Under the pieces are notes generated by a model that saw only the letters and a program-made list of their open reading frames with translations, made no database searches and was not told the DNA's origin. Below, in pieces: positions 8,866 through 16,653 of a DNA stretch of 20,000 bases (positions within the stretch are counted from its first letter, which is position 1; each line of letters opens with the position of its first letter). The DNA is from an uncultured virus (IMG/VR IMGVR_UViG_3300033148_002355) (Duplodnaviria > Heunggongvirae > Uroviricota > Caudoviricetes). Location of the stretch: IMG/VR virus record IMGVR_UViG_3300033148_002355; one strand, given 5' to 3'. Made by a program: the position numbers and the translations under genes.

Positions 8866-9378
8866 TTATACTTTCTTAAACTCCCGTTTTTTAAGATAAT
8901 TTAACTTCATTAATTTATAGTCGTCAGCATCTGGAACTTCCACTCCGTATATCATTTCCACATGACTTACTATATCGTTGATAAAATCTATCAACCTCCC
9001 CTTTGTCATATCTCTTTGACTCAGTAATACAAATACATCACTACCGTCATTATCGGGGATTACATCCTTTGCAAACATCATCTTCATAGCTATCATACAC
9101 TCGACCTTATCTAATACCTCTCCTTGGTCCCTTTTAACTTTCATGACAAAAGGTATCAGTACACCATTTAAGTAGTTGTACATCCTTCTTTTGCCTTCTA
9201 TAGATGTAGTTTCTTCTATTGTAATAGTAAGTTCCTCCCCGCGTTTTTGAAATAGGAATGAAGTTAATGATCTTACATCTGTCAAACGTATGAGCATATC
9301 TCTTAATGAAGAGTCTCTTTTAAATGTTACGTTGGTTATTATTTTGTCCATTTGTTTAATTCTATCGGGGTGTATCAA
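8866..9378 (-). CDS. NinB/Orf-like recombination accessory protein
   Basis: Pattern YNYLNGVLI...G...MK.MF...S.RDMTK..L..FI..I.......GVEVP; lies next to a recombination nuclease. Confidence 0.5.
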   Translation of the reverse strand: MIHPDRIKQMDKIITNVTFKRDSSLRDMLIRLTDVRSLTSFLFQKRGEELTITIEETTSIEGKRRMYNYLNGVLIPFVMKVKRDQGEVLDKVECMIAMKMMFAKDVIPDNDGSDVFVLLSQRDMTKGRLIDFINDIVSHVEMIYGVEVPDADDYKLMKLNYLKKREFKKV

Positions 9379-9758
9379 AAAGGTATAATCATAAGCCTAC
9401 CTCCAGCTCTTTGACACCATAAATCTAAAGCTCCACAACTAATGTTTACTATTCCTCTTTCTGCTTGTGCATAATAACTTCTATTAGTACCTACTAACAA
9501 AGCCATTTCGGTTTGCGTTAAGTTTAAGTTGCTCCTTAAATACTTAAGCATCTTTCCTCTTGATAATCGTTGAGGTTTGTTTTCATATTCAAGTATAGCT
9601 TTCTTATTCCTTGGTGTCTTAGGTCTTTTTTCTATTATTCTTTCTCTAGCTTCTTTTTCATCTGTTTCTGAAAAAGCAGCCCTAATATGTAAGTCTCTTT
9701 CTTCAGCTTCTGAAAGCGGTTGGTTTCCTGTTCTTGCTTTTTCTATTTTTCTTGGCAT
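9375..9758 (-). CDS. XRE-family HTH transcriptional regulator
   Basis: LKYLRSNLNLTQTEMALLVGTNRSYYAQAERG. Confidence 0.88.
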   Translation of the reverse strand: MPRKIEKARTGNQPLSEAEERDLHIRAAFSETDEKEARERIIEKRPKTPRNKKAILEYENKPQRLSRGKMLKYLRSNLNLTQTEMALLVGTNRSYYAQAERGIVNISCGALDLWCQRAGGRLMIIPF

Positions 9759-9790
9759 TGTGTTTTTATTTATTTGCGGGGAGAATTAAA

Positions 9791-10273
9791 CTACCCTTGG
9801 TTAAAATACTTGTTTACATCATTATCTATTACTTCCTTACAACAATTAACTAAACTAACATACTGAGCAAATCGTCCATAATCTTTACCTAACACATGAA
9901 CAATACTAAACAACTCCTTACGATACTTAATAATACCTTTAGCAATTTTCCTGTACTCTCTCTCTTGCACATTACTATCAGTAACCTTTTCTTTCATCTT
10001 TACCATCTTCTCTAATACACGATATAAGTTGTTAAGCACTTCTTTATCACTTAATAGTTTTACTTCGTCTATTCGCTTGTAAATAGAGCAAATAAATGTA
10101 CTTAAATTTCCTACTAGGTCAGTTAGTACTAAATACTTCACCTCCTGAGTTACTTGTCTTTTATTCCCTTGTATTTTGATGGTAGGATGTGTATTGTCTC
10201 TGCCATGTATAATCAAGTAAAAGTATAACGTGTGTATGTTGTCTTTGGTTGTTTGGTGTACTGTGGTTATCAC
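9791..10273 (-). CDS. Hypothetical protein
   Basis: 160 aa, GTG start overlapping the upstream stop. Confidence 0.65.
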   Translation of the reverse strand: MITTVHQTTKDNIHTLYFYLIIHGRDNTHPTIKIQGNKRQVTQEVKYLVLTDLVGNLSTFICSIYKRIDEVKLLSDKEVLNNLYRVLEKMVKMKEKVTDSNVQEREYRKIAKGIIKYRKELFSIVHVLGKDYGRFAQYVSLVNCCKEVIDNDVNKYFNQG

Positions 10274-10362
10274 TCTTTTTTATTTTTAAGTTGTTTCTTT
10301 AGATTTCTTATCATTAAAAAAAGTACTATTATAATCATTACTGGCGGTATGTATATCATCAT
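10270..10362 (-). CDS. Small membrane peptide (30 aa)
   Basis: Manual: MMIYIPPVMIIIVLFLMIRNLKKQLKNKKE; start and stop overlap both neighbours. Confidence 0.5.
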   Translation of the reverse strand: MMIYIPPVMIIIVLFLMIRNLKKQLKNKKE

Positions 10363-10613
10363 TTTTGATCTTTTAAAGTTTGAGCGCACCAATTAAGCGA
10401 GTGCATTTCCGCTTCGAGTATATCTATTTTATTCTTTAACCCTACATCATGCATTACATTTCTACTTGACTCTCTCTCTTTCGTAACTGCTTTCCATGTC
10501 TTCTCAGCCTCTTTAAACTGTTTTGTATACTTCTTTATCACTTGAACTTTTAAACAAGCTAACGACTCTTTAATGTCTTCGGGTGTTATTGTTTTGTAAG
10601 TGTTTTTGGTCAT
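10359..10613 (-). CDS. Hypothetical coiled-coil protein
   Basis: 84 aa ORF with A-rich leader. Confidence 0.65.
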   Translation of the reverse strand: MTKNTYKTITPEDIKESLACLKVQVIKKYTKQFKEAEKTWKAVTKERESSRNVMHDVGLKNKIDILEAEMHSLNWCAQTLKDQK

Positions 10614-10669
10614 AGTTTATATTTATTTGTGAATAGAGCAATAGCCTTTTTTTTAAGGTTTACTCTGGT

Positions 10670-10753
10670 TTATAATTTACTTGATATAATAATCAAAGCT
10701 ATTATACTAACAAAGATTATCCATGCTATAATAAAATCATTCTCTTTGTTCAT
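10670..10753 (-). CDS. Small membrane peptide (27 aa)
   Basis: Manual: MNKENDFIIAWIIFVSIIALIIISSKL; ATGA overlap with the upstream ORF. Confidence 0.45.
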   Translation of the reverse strand: MNKENDFIIAWIIFVSIIALIIISSKL

Positions 10754-10944
10754 ACTTTTTCAATTGTTAATCCTTCGTGCTTATCTCTTAACTCTTTTAC
10801 CTCTGTACTATTATACCTTCTCGCTAGTGCGGGTCTATCTGTTAACTCTGGTGTGTTGTTAACTATGTACCATACAAATAGCCTCCCTTTTTTTAGTATA
10901 TGGGATTTCGCGTATGTTTGTCTAGGGAATTTTGATCCTTTCAT
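10750..10944 (-). CDS. Hypothetical protein, paralog of 13403-13561
   Basis: 64 aa; shares the IL....LF.W.I..N.P..T.....A..YN....KE pattern. Confidence 0.65.
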   Translation of the reverse strand: MKGSKFPRQTYAKSHILKKGRLFVWYIVNNTPELTDRPALARRYNSTEVKELRDKHEGLTIEKV

Positions 10945-10972
10945 AATTTGCGGGGTTTTAGTTTTTAGTGGT

Positions 10973-11176
10973 TTATATTATGTTAATTTTTACTGAATAA
11001 TAGCTGCCGTTATTTAAAAAATCTTTCCAATCGCTTTCAGTGTTATACTCACACTCTTCAAATTCGTCTTTACTCATTTCTGAAGTCCTAAATTTTGAAA
11101 AAATCTTACCACCTACATATTTTCTAATTGTAAATGTTCTTTTTGATTTATTTGCTGTTGCTCTTAAAGTTTTCAT
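10973..11176 (-). CDS. Hypothetical protein
   Basis: 67 aa ORF with A-rich leader. Confidence 0.65.
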   Translation of the reverse strand: MKTLRATANKSKRTFTIRKYVGGKIFSKFRTSEMSKDEFEECEYNTESDWKDFLNNGSYYSVKINII

Positions 11177-11221
11177 TTGATTTTGTTTTAGTGGTTTTTA
11201 TTTTTGCGGGGTTTATTTTTA

Positions 11222-11389
11222 TTAAATATATAATTCTTTACCTTTCAAGTCTTCAACTGTGTCTCCTTGGCTAGATCCTAAGTACGTATAGTGTTGTTCG
11301 TCTGTACAACATTCGCAGTTAATAGGTATCCAAATTTGTAAACCTTGTTTAAAAAACTGTTGTGCTTGTGTTAATGTTATTTTTGTCAT
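11222..11389 (-). CDS. Hypothetical protein (55 aa)
   Basis: Manual: MTKITLTQAQQFFKQGLQIWIPINCECCTDEQHYTYLGSSQGDTVEDLKGKELYI. Confidence 0.6.
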   Translation of the reverse strand: MTKITLTQAQQFFKQGLQIWIPINCECCTDEQHYTYLGSSQGDTVEDLKGKELYI

Positions 11390-11410
11390 TTTTTTTGTTT
11401 TTATTAGATT

Positions 11411-11466
11411 AATAACGGAGATGTAAAACGCAACTCCTTACAGTCGCAGACGTTTACACGGTCGTT
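11411..11466 (+). other. Leading (attI/attC-like) recombination site C1
   Basis: AATAAC-GGAGA-TGTAAAACG...CGTTTAC-ACGGTC-GTT. Confidence 0.65.
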
Positions 11467-11470
11467 GTGC

Positions 11471-11692
11471 TTAATTAGGTAATAGACTAAGCATATTGTC
11501 CCAAACGCATACACTGTCATACATTCCATTACCTGAGTACGATATTGCTCCTACATTTACAATATCAAACTTTTCACCGTTTGGAATCTCTACTGTTTCG
11601 GGTGTTATGCTTGTTATTAATACTTTTCTATCGCTTACATTACATAAGTAAATGCAACCTTCTTTTAATTGTGATATTTTTAATGTTTCCAT
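11471..11692 (-). CDS. Cassette-borne hypothetical protein
   Basis: 73 aa; flanked by GTTGTGCTTA (11464) and TAAGCACAAC (11701), a perfect 10-bp inverted repeat. Confidence 0.75.
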   Translation of the reverse strand: METLKISQLKEGCIYLCNVSDRKVLITSITPETVEIPNGEKFDIVNVGAISYSGNGMYDSVCVWDNMLSLLPN

Positions 11693-11700
11693 AATTTAAC

Positions 11701-11791
11701 TAAGCACAACACTACCTATAAAAGCATAGCGTCGGGCTACTTGGTTTAATAATTAAGCGTATTACTGGCTACGCTTTATAGCCTCAACGTT
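11701..11791 (+). other. attC-like site C2
   Basis: TAAGCACAAC-ACTAC-CTATAAAAGC...GCTTTATAG-CCTCAAC-GTT, with one extra base in the left box. Confidence 0.8.
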
Positions 11792-11799
11792 GTAGTGCA

Positions 11800-11940
11800 T
11801 TAGATAAACTCTATGTTATCAATATGAACGTTTTCTATTTTGTTGTTATGCTCAACTTTAATCATAACAAAATCATTTACTATGATGCTACAAACTTCTG
11901 CTATGTCACATCCCCAAATTACTTTACTTCCTACTATCAT
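11800..11940 (-). CDS. Cassette-borne small protein (46 aa)
   Basis: Manual: MIVGSKVIWGCDIAEVCSIIVNDFVMIKVEHNNKIENVHIDNIEFI; flanked by GTTGTAGTGC (11789) and GCACTACAAC (11970). Confidence 0.65.
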   Translation of the reverse strand: MIVGSKVIWGCDIAEVCSIIVNDFVMIKVEHNNKIENVHIDNIEFI

Positions 11941-11969
11941 TTTATTTTGTTTTTTAGTTATTAATTAAC

Positions 11970-12027
11970 GCACTACAACAATTTGTATAGTACATACTTC
12001 GTACAGCCCCATACAAGGGGCGTTATT
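11970..12027 (+). other. attC-like site C3
   Basis: GCACTACAAC-AATTT-GTATAG...CATAC-AAGGGGC-GTTATT. Confidence 0.75.
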
Positions 12028-12043
12028 TTTTATTTAGCGGGGA

Positions 12044-12520
12044 TTAATATCTTACTCCTGTTTCTAAAAAATCATATTCATTAACTTCTAAACTTTCCTT
12101 AATACATTCATCACTCATTAAGTATTCATACTCTTTTTGTAGCATATTAATATACTGTAACCCTATACTATCTTTAAACATCCTGATAGTACCTTCTTTT
12201 TGCTCTAAACCTTTCATTACTCTCTCTCTCACTTGTTTCTCAAAACATTTAGCAGTGATATACGTTTGACATTCTTTCCCGTGCTCTGTCAATATTGTAT
12301 TAACAATTTCATCAATAGGCTTATTTAGTACTATTTCAATCTCTCGCCTGTCAATGTCAAAACTTTTAATTGTTGCACCTATATTCTCCATATCATCATA
12401 GATGCAATTCCACCACTCGCAGTATTCTACGTTAAAATATCTGTTATCTTCAATTGCTTTCTCTTGTGCTTCCTTGCTTAGTTCCTTGAACTTGTAAAGG
12501 TTTAATTTGATTGTTTTCAT
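12044..12520 (-). CDS. Acidic phage hypothetical protein
   Basis: 158 aa; LYKFKELSKEAQEKAIE...EWW..IYDD...EYEYLMSDE..NEYDF pattern, recalled from phage early regions. Confidence 0.75.
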   Translation of the reverse strand: MKTIKLNLYKFKELSKEAQEKAIEDNRYFNVEYCEWWNCIYDDMENIGATIKSFDIDRREIEIVLNKPIDEIVNTILTEHGKECQTYITAKCFEKQVRERVMKGLEQKEGTIRMFKDSIGLQYINMLQKEYEYLMSDECIKESLEVNEYDFLETGVRY

Positions 12521-12751
12521 AGCTTCTATTGATTTTTATTTGTAGTTATGTGTATTTATTGGTTTTTAAAATTCTCCTACTGTTACATTAACTGTTATCT
12601 CTTCGCCTTCCTCCGTGCAACTAGTCCAAGTAAAAACAACTTGTTCGCTGTTCGCTCCTATTCCTTGTTTCATGTATTCAAGGTCGCTTTGTGTAAAGTT
12701 TAATTTGATTGTTTTCATAGCTTCTATTGATTTTTATTTGTGGTTATGTGT
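12493..12751. repeat. ~60-bp direct repeat (12493-12553 and 12692-12751) covering the leader and first codons of two adjacent genes
   Basis: 44-bp identical core gtttaatttgattgttttcatagcttctattgatttttatttgt at 12500-12543 and 12698-12741. Confidence 0.9.
12566..12718 (-). CDS. Hypothetical protein (50 aa)
   Basis: Manual: MKTIKLNFTQSDLEYMKQGIGANSEQVVFTWTSCTEEGEEITVNVTVGEF. Confidence 0.6.
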   Translation of the reverse strand: MKTIKLNFTQSDLEYMKQGIGANSEQVVFTWTSCTEEGEEITVNVTVGEF

Positions 12752-12801
12752 GTTTGTATACTTGTATGTAAAAAAAGTGCTTAGAGTCCTTTAAAATAAG
12801 T

Positions 12802-12951
12802 TTATAGTATTTTGTTTAGTTCTTCTATTTCTTCTGCAATGTATTGTATTTTAACTATGCTATCCTTTCGGGGTGCCTGTGTTGTTTCTACATTTGCATT
12901 AATAGCGTTTAAAAGTTCTTTTACTCTCTCTCTTAACTGGTCGTTTTTCAT
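12802..12951 (-). CDS. Hypothetical protein (49 aa)
   Basis: Manual: MKNDQLRERVKELLNAINANVETTQAPRKDSIVKIQYIAEEIEELNKIL. Confidence 0.55.
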   Translation of the reverse strand: MKNDQLRERVKELLNAINANVETTQAPRKDSIVKIQYIAEEIEELNKIL

Positions 12952-13106
12952 TGGATTATGTTTTTAATTAATATTGTTTTAATTCGTGGGTATGCGTTTA
13001 AATCTCCTTCGCTGTACTCAATGACTTTCACCGTGTCACCGTTAACGCTTAATATTCTATACTTGTCGCCTGTGGTGGTGGTTATAATTTGCCCGTTGTT
13101 TATCAT
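12948..13106 (-). CDS. Hypothetical protein (52 aa)
   Basis: Manual: MINNGQIITTTTGDKYRILSVNGDTVKVIEYSEGDLNAYPRIKTILIKNIIQ; ATGA overlaps at both ends. Confidence 0.6.
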   Translation of the reverse strand: MINNGQIITTTTGDKYRILSVNGDTVKVIEYSEGDLNAYPRIKTILIKNIIQ

Positions 13107-13399
13107 ATTATTTCCAGTTCAAAAGCTCCTATTAAGTGCGTTCCCCCTTCCTCTTCTACTTCTTGCGCTTCGTTCTCTCTTAAGTATTCGTCAATCGCTT
13201 GCAATGCTTCGTTTTCGTTTGCTGCGGTTAACAGGTGTATCCTTGCAAAGTTTGAAACCTCCTCAGCTACTGCAAAAGGCTTGTAAACATCCTCTTTTAT
13301 GTCGTTTATGTCTTCGCTTGTGTGGTTTACGTGTATTGTTTCGCTGTGTCCTGAACTGTTTAAAATGATCAGTTTATTATTTTCTGTTGATAATTTCAT
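13103..13399 (-). CDS. Hypothetical acidic protein
   Basis: 98 aa with Glu-rich C-terminus. Confidence 0.65.
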   Translation of the reverse strand: MKLSTENNKLIILNSSGHSETIHVNHTSEDINDIKEDVYKPFAVAEEVSNFARIHLLTAANENEALQAIDEYLRENEAQEVEEEGGTHLIGAFELEII

Positions 13400-13402
13400 A
13401 AT

Positions 13403-13561
13403 TTATACAGTTTTTTTGATTATTAAATTAAACTTTTTCGCTATTTCTTTTGCTTTTTGTTTGTTGTAACTTTTCGCCATAATAAAACTATTTGTAAAGG
13501 TTGGCGCGTTGCTGTTAATGCTCCATAAAAACAGTGTTTTGTGTGTTAGTATATATTTCAT
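13403..13561 (-). CDS. Hypothetical protein (52 aa), paralog of 10750-10944
   Basis: Manual: MKYILTHKTLFLWSINSNAPTFTNSFIMAKSYNKQKAKEIAKKFNLIIKKTV. Confidence 0.6.
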   Translation of the reverse strand: MKYILTHKTLFLWSINSNAPTFTNSFIMAKSYNKQKAKEIAKKFNLIIKKTV

Positions 13562-13596
13562 AGTATTTTGATTTTGTTTGTTTTGTGGTTTATAAG

Positions 13597-13628
13597 TTCA
13601 CCCCGTTTTGATATTCGCGGGGTGGAAC
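13597..13628. promoter_or_regulatory. GCGGGG intergenic motif within a hairpin; 17-bp copy at 14333-14349
   Basis: TTCACCCCG...CGGGGTGGAA hairpin; TTTTGATATTCGCGGGG occurs at 13606 and 14333. Confidence 0.5.
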
Positions 13629-13638
13629 AATATTAATA

Positions 13639-13863
13639 TTATCTTTCGTGCCTTATTATTACATAGTTAGTTAACCAAGCAGAATATAAGTTAAAAAGTC
13701 TTTCGCTTATCTGATTCCGTAACTTTAAAACGTCCATTTCTCGAATATAAGCGTCTAGCTCATTATTTAATACTTCACGCCTATACGCTTTATCTCTCTT
13801 TGTGGTTTGGTCTGCTGTGTTTTTAATTAAGTTCTTGAAATGTAAATAGTATGAATGTTTCAT
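13639..13863 (-). CDS. Hypothetical protein
   Basis: 74 aa ORF. Confidence 0.65.
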   Translation of the reverse strand: MKHSYYLHFKNLIKNTADQTTKRDKAYRREVLNNELDAYIREMDVLKLRNQISERLFNLYSAWLTNYVIIRHER

Positions 13864-13885
13864 TTTGATATGGTTTTTATGTGGT

Positions 13886-14293
13886 TTATACGTATAAAAT
13901 ATGTGTGTGAGAACATTCTTCGCTTTCTGTCCTAGCAGTAAAAAAGTCTATTTGAACCGTTGCCCCTCGTGGGTCTCCTTGTGTCCTTATAAACCAGTTA
14001 TTTTCTCTTGCTATATCTTGGAGTTGTTCTTCAATCTTTTTTTCCTGTGCTTCGCTCTTTTTCCTTAACGCTTCATTTTCTACATTATAACGGTACATTT
14101 TGCCGTTTCTATACTCTGTTACCTCTTTCGGGTAACCATTACATGACAACTCTTGTAAGCGGTTATATTTTCGCTCTAATCGTACAACCTTATTAAAATC
14201 TTTTATTAAGTCGAAGGAACTTAAAACGTTTTCTTTGTTAGCTCTTTTAATTGCTTGGCTGATCTTCAATTGTCTTTTTTCTGATACTTTCAT
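13886..14293 (-). CDS. Phage hypothetical protein (CNG...GDPRG motif)
   Basis: 135 aa; LSCNGYP and QGDPRGA motifs, recalled from phage early proteins. Confidence 0.7.
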   Translation of the reverse strand: MKVSEKRQLKISQAIKRANKENVLSSFDLIKDFNKVVRLERKYNRLQELSCNGYPKEVTEYRNGKMYRYNVENEALRKKSEAQEKKIEEQLQDIARENNWFIRTQGDPRGATVQIDFFTARTESEECSHTHILYV

Positions 14294-14537
14294 TTGATTT
14301 GATTTATTATGTGATTATTTAAATTATTCAATTTTTGATATTCGCGGGGAGAAACATTAATTAACTATTTAACGATCTCCCCCTATACAGTAAACAAACA
14401 AAGCTTAACTATAAGATAATGTTACAATAGTAGTTAATACTATTAATAGTGCTTTAAACTTGTTCTTTGTGCTTGTTGTTGTGTTTCGCATTTGATTTGA
14501 TTTAATTGATTTGTTATGTATTGCCCTTAAGACTCTA

Positions 14538-14564
14538 CTAATATAGTTATTATTATTCTTACAA
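14538..14564 (-). promoter_or_regulatory. Possible Bacteroidota-type promoter for the early gene string
   Basis: Minus strand TTG-16 nt-TATATTAG, a variant of -33 TTG / -7 TAnnTTTG. The spacer is short. Confidence 0.25.
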
Positions 14565-14739
14565 CCTAATTTGTTAGTATATATATAACAATTATTTTTT
14601 AGTATTAGAGTAGTGAAAGCTCTGTGTCGTATGCTGTGACTAGGTTATAGAAGGTTAAAATATTATTAATTAAATACATAAAGAATAAAGCCTAGTAAAT
14701 AGGTAATATTTGACCCGTTTAATAGTGTTTGAGGTTCGG

Positions 14740-15460
14740 GTTTGCTGTGGTAGTAAGGGTTGTGGGTTGTTTGCTGTGGTATATTACGGTGTAAATTAGT
14801 GGTGTTTGCTGTGCTTCTATTCTCTCTCTATTACAGAGATAAATTAATTGTATTGATCAGGTAGTATAAGAGTGAGCACCAACACAGCAACCGAGCACAT
14901 ATAACAGGGTCAAATGTTGTCCTATAATTAACATTATGTTAAATAGGATTTTAAACGCCTGATAACAGTACAACACAGAGCACTTTAAAAAAAGACCTCT
15001 CCCCTCCCCTACCATATGCCATCTGTAAAATAGTATCAACCTATTCACTAAGGCATAGGACACCCCCTTACCCGTTTACATTGCTTTTGTATATTATTTG
15101 GATTATATAACGCACTTTTTATTCTTGGATAGGGGGGGTACCTTATTATACGTATACTGTCTGGCAGACAGAAACTTCCAAAACCACAGCAAACAAGGTC
15201 CTACCACAGCAAGCCCTACTCTAGTGTACAGCACAGCAAACGAGTATCTATCCACTCCTTATATCACAGCAAACCGTAAACTGGTTACGGAGTAAGTATT
15301 AACAACTGCAACTAATCAAGCGACTAATACATTAGTCCCTCAACCTCTCACGTTGCATTTAACGCACTTAATATATAAAATGGCATATAGATAAGGGTAC
15401 ACCCCTTTAGAGTGTCTTAGGAGTCAGCATATAGCAAACCGTAACAGTTTACGGTGTAAA
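14740..15460. repeat. Head-to-head clusters of CACAGCAAAC repeats in a long non-coding region (candidate origin or packaging/terminal region)
   Basis: GTTTGCTGTG at 14740, 14769, 14804; CACAGCAA(A/G)C at 15185, 15205, 15232, 15265; partial copies at 14883 and ~15432. Confidence 0.8.
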
Positions 15461-15641
15461 ATGATAAAGGGGGGGGTGTTTATATAAGTACTAGTACATA
15501 AATATCGAGATATAATGGAAACGGTACTTGTAAGGTGTACGATTATAGGAAATGGTAGATTAACCTATTTACTGGGCTGTAGGATGAATAAGTGCTAAAT
15601 TGCACGGGGTAGAGACAAAAAGTGACAGGAAACGCTAATGA

Positions 15642-15833
15642 TTACTCTTTATCTTTCAACCATTTAAAGAACTCATTTACTTGTATCATCATTTCGTCAC
15701 TCCACTCTACAGCCTTTTGCCAAGTGAATATGATGGTAATGTTAGTTAGCAGTCTGATTATTGCTACAATGGCTGCTAAAATGAGGAATGGTCCCCAAAG
15801 TAATGCTATTAATAATTTAAGTGTATATTTCAT
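15642..15833 (-). CDS. Small membrane protein
   Basis: 63 aa with a long hydrophobic N-terminal half. Confidence 0.6.
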   Translation of the reverse strand: MKYTLKLLIALLWGPFLILAAIVAIIRLLTNITIIFTWQKAVEWSDEMMIQVNEFFKWLKDKE

Positions 15834-15846
15834 AATTATTGTTTGT

Positions 15847-16080
15847 TTAAGTTTTAATTCTTCTTATGTACCAATACTTGAACATTATTCCTTTATTTCT
15901 TAAGTCGCATAATGTTTTCTTATGTATGGATAGGTCTTTTATTATTAGTCCTCCCCCGCATATTCTAAATCTGATAAACCCAGGGGCAAACGCATAAGTA
16001 AAAACATCGTAGTTTAATATCACTATCCTGCACCCTTTGAAATGCATGAAACCCTCATTACTATACTTGAATATAATCAT
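15847..16080 (-). CDS. Hypothetical protein
   Basis: 77 aa ORF. Confidence 0.5.
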   Translation of the reverse strand: MIIFKYSNEGFMHFKGCRIVILNYDVFTYAFAPGFIRFRICGGGLIIKDLSIHKKTLCDLRNKGIMFKYWYIRRIKT

Positions 16081-16150
16081 GAAACAAATATCAACTAATA
16101 AAGTGTAATGTAATAGTTAAATTTAGTTAGTGAGTAATATTTAAGATTTG

Positions 16151-16651
16151 TTAACTTTCTTTCCCTTTTATCAAATTATAATAACCGGGATCTAATACAC
16201 TTATCTTATGCATGTTTTCTTCATAATCTAACATCTCTTTCCTCCCTTCCGGATCATTCTCCCACTTTTGGTGACATGTCATGCAATGATACGTTATATT
16301 GCTCACTACAGCTTCTAATGCTTTGTTCTGTCCTACCGGGACCAAATGAGAGTGTGTTAACTCACTACTCCCGCATCCTGTGCAATGATGTTCCCTAATC
16401 TCCGCTATAATATCATAAGCCTTATGCTTATTCTTTATATTCCTAGCTTCTTTTTTAGAAACTTTGTTAGGACCAGCTTTATTAATCTTTTTCTTAATCG
16501 CTGTACGCTTCAAAGGAGTCCTTTTAAGCTCATAAGTCTTCTTTACCTTTACTTGGTATTGCTTTAGTCCTTTATGTTCGTTACAAAGGTAGTATATACC
16601 TAACTCTACGCACTCTTTAATCTTTCTACAATGCCTGCATATTTGCTCCAT
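16151..16651 (-). CDS. HNH/NinG-like zinc-binding nuclease
   Basis: CTGCG...HSHLVP...SNITYHCMTCH; N-terminal CRHC...CNEH zinc motif; KRTPLKR basic segment. Confidence 0.7.
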   Translation of the reverse strand: MEQICRHCRKIKECVELGIYYLCNEHKGLKQYQVKVKKTYELKRTPLKRTAIKKKINKAGPNKVSKKEARNIKNKHKAYDIIAEIREHHCTGCGSSELTHSHLVPVGQNKALEAVVSNITYHCMTCHQKWENDPEGRKEMLDYEENMHKISVLDPGYYNLIKGKES

Positions 16652-16653
16652 GA

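Noticed and set aside
14405..14491. 28-aa hydrophobic ORF MRNTTTSTKNKFKALLIVLTTIVTLSYS
   Set aside because: It is too short and unsupported to call, although the leader is plausible.
14857..15063. 68-aa minus-strand ORF
   Set aside because: It lies in the repeat-rich non-coding region, has atypical composition and lacks an A-rich leader.
14740..15274. CRISPR array, given a Cas4-like nuclease in the window
   Set aside because: The repeats are only ~10 bp, irregularly spaced and in both orientations. Solo Cas4-like nucleases are common in phages.
3581..16567. All plus-strand ORFs in the track (e.g. 3581, 3839, 5830, 6202, 6619, 9577, 10629, 12958, 13089, 14008, 15098, 15622, 16385) and 18016
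   Set aside because: They are antisense shadows of better minus-strand genes or lie in the repeat region. They are Ser/Leu/Phe-rich and have no motifs.
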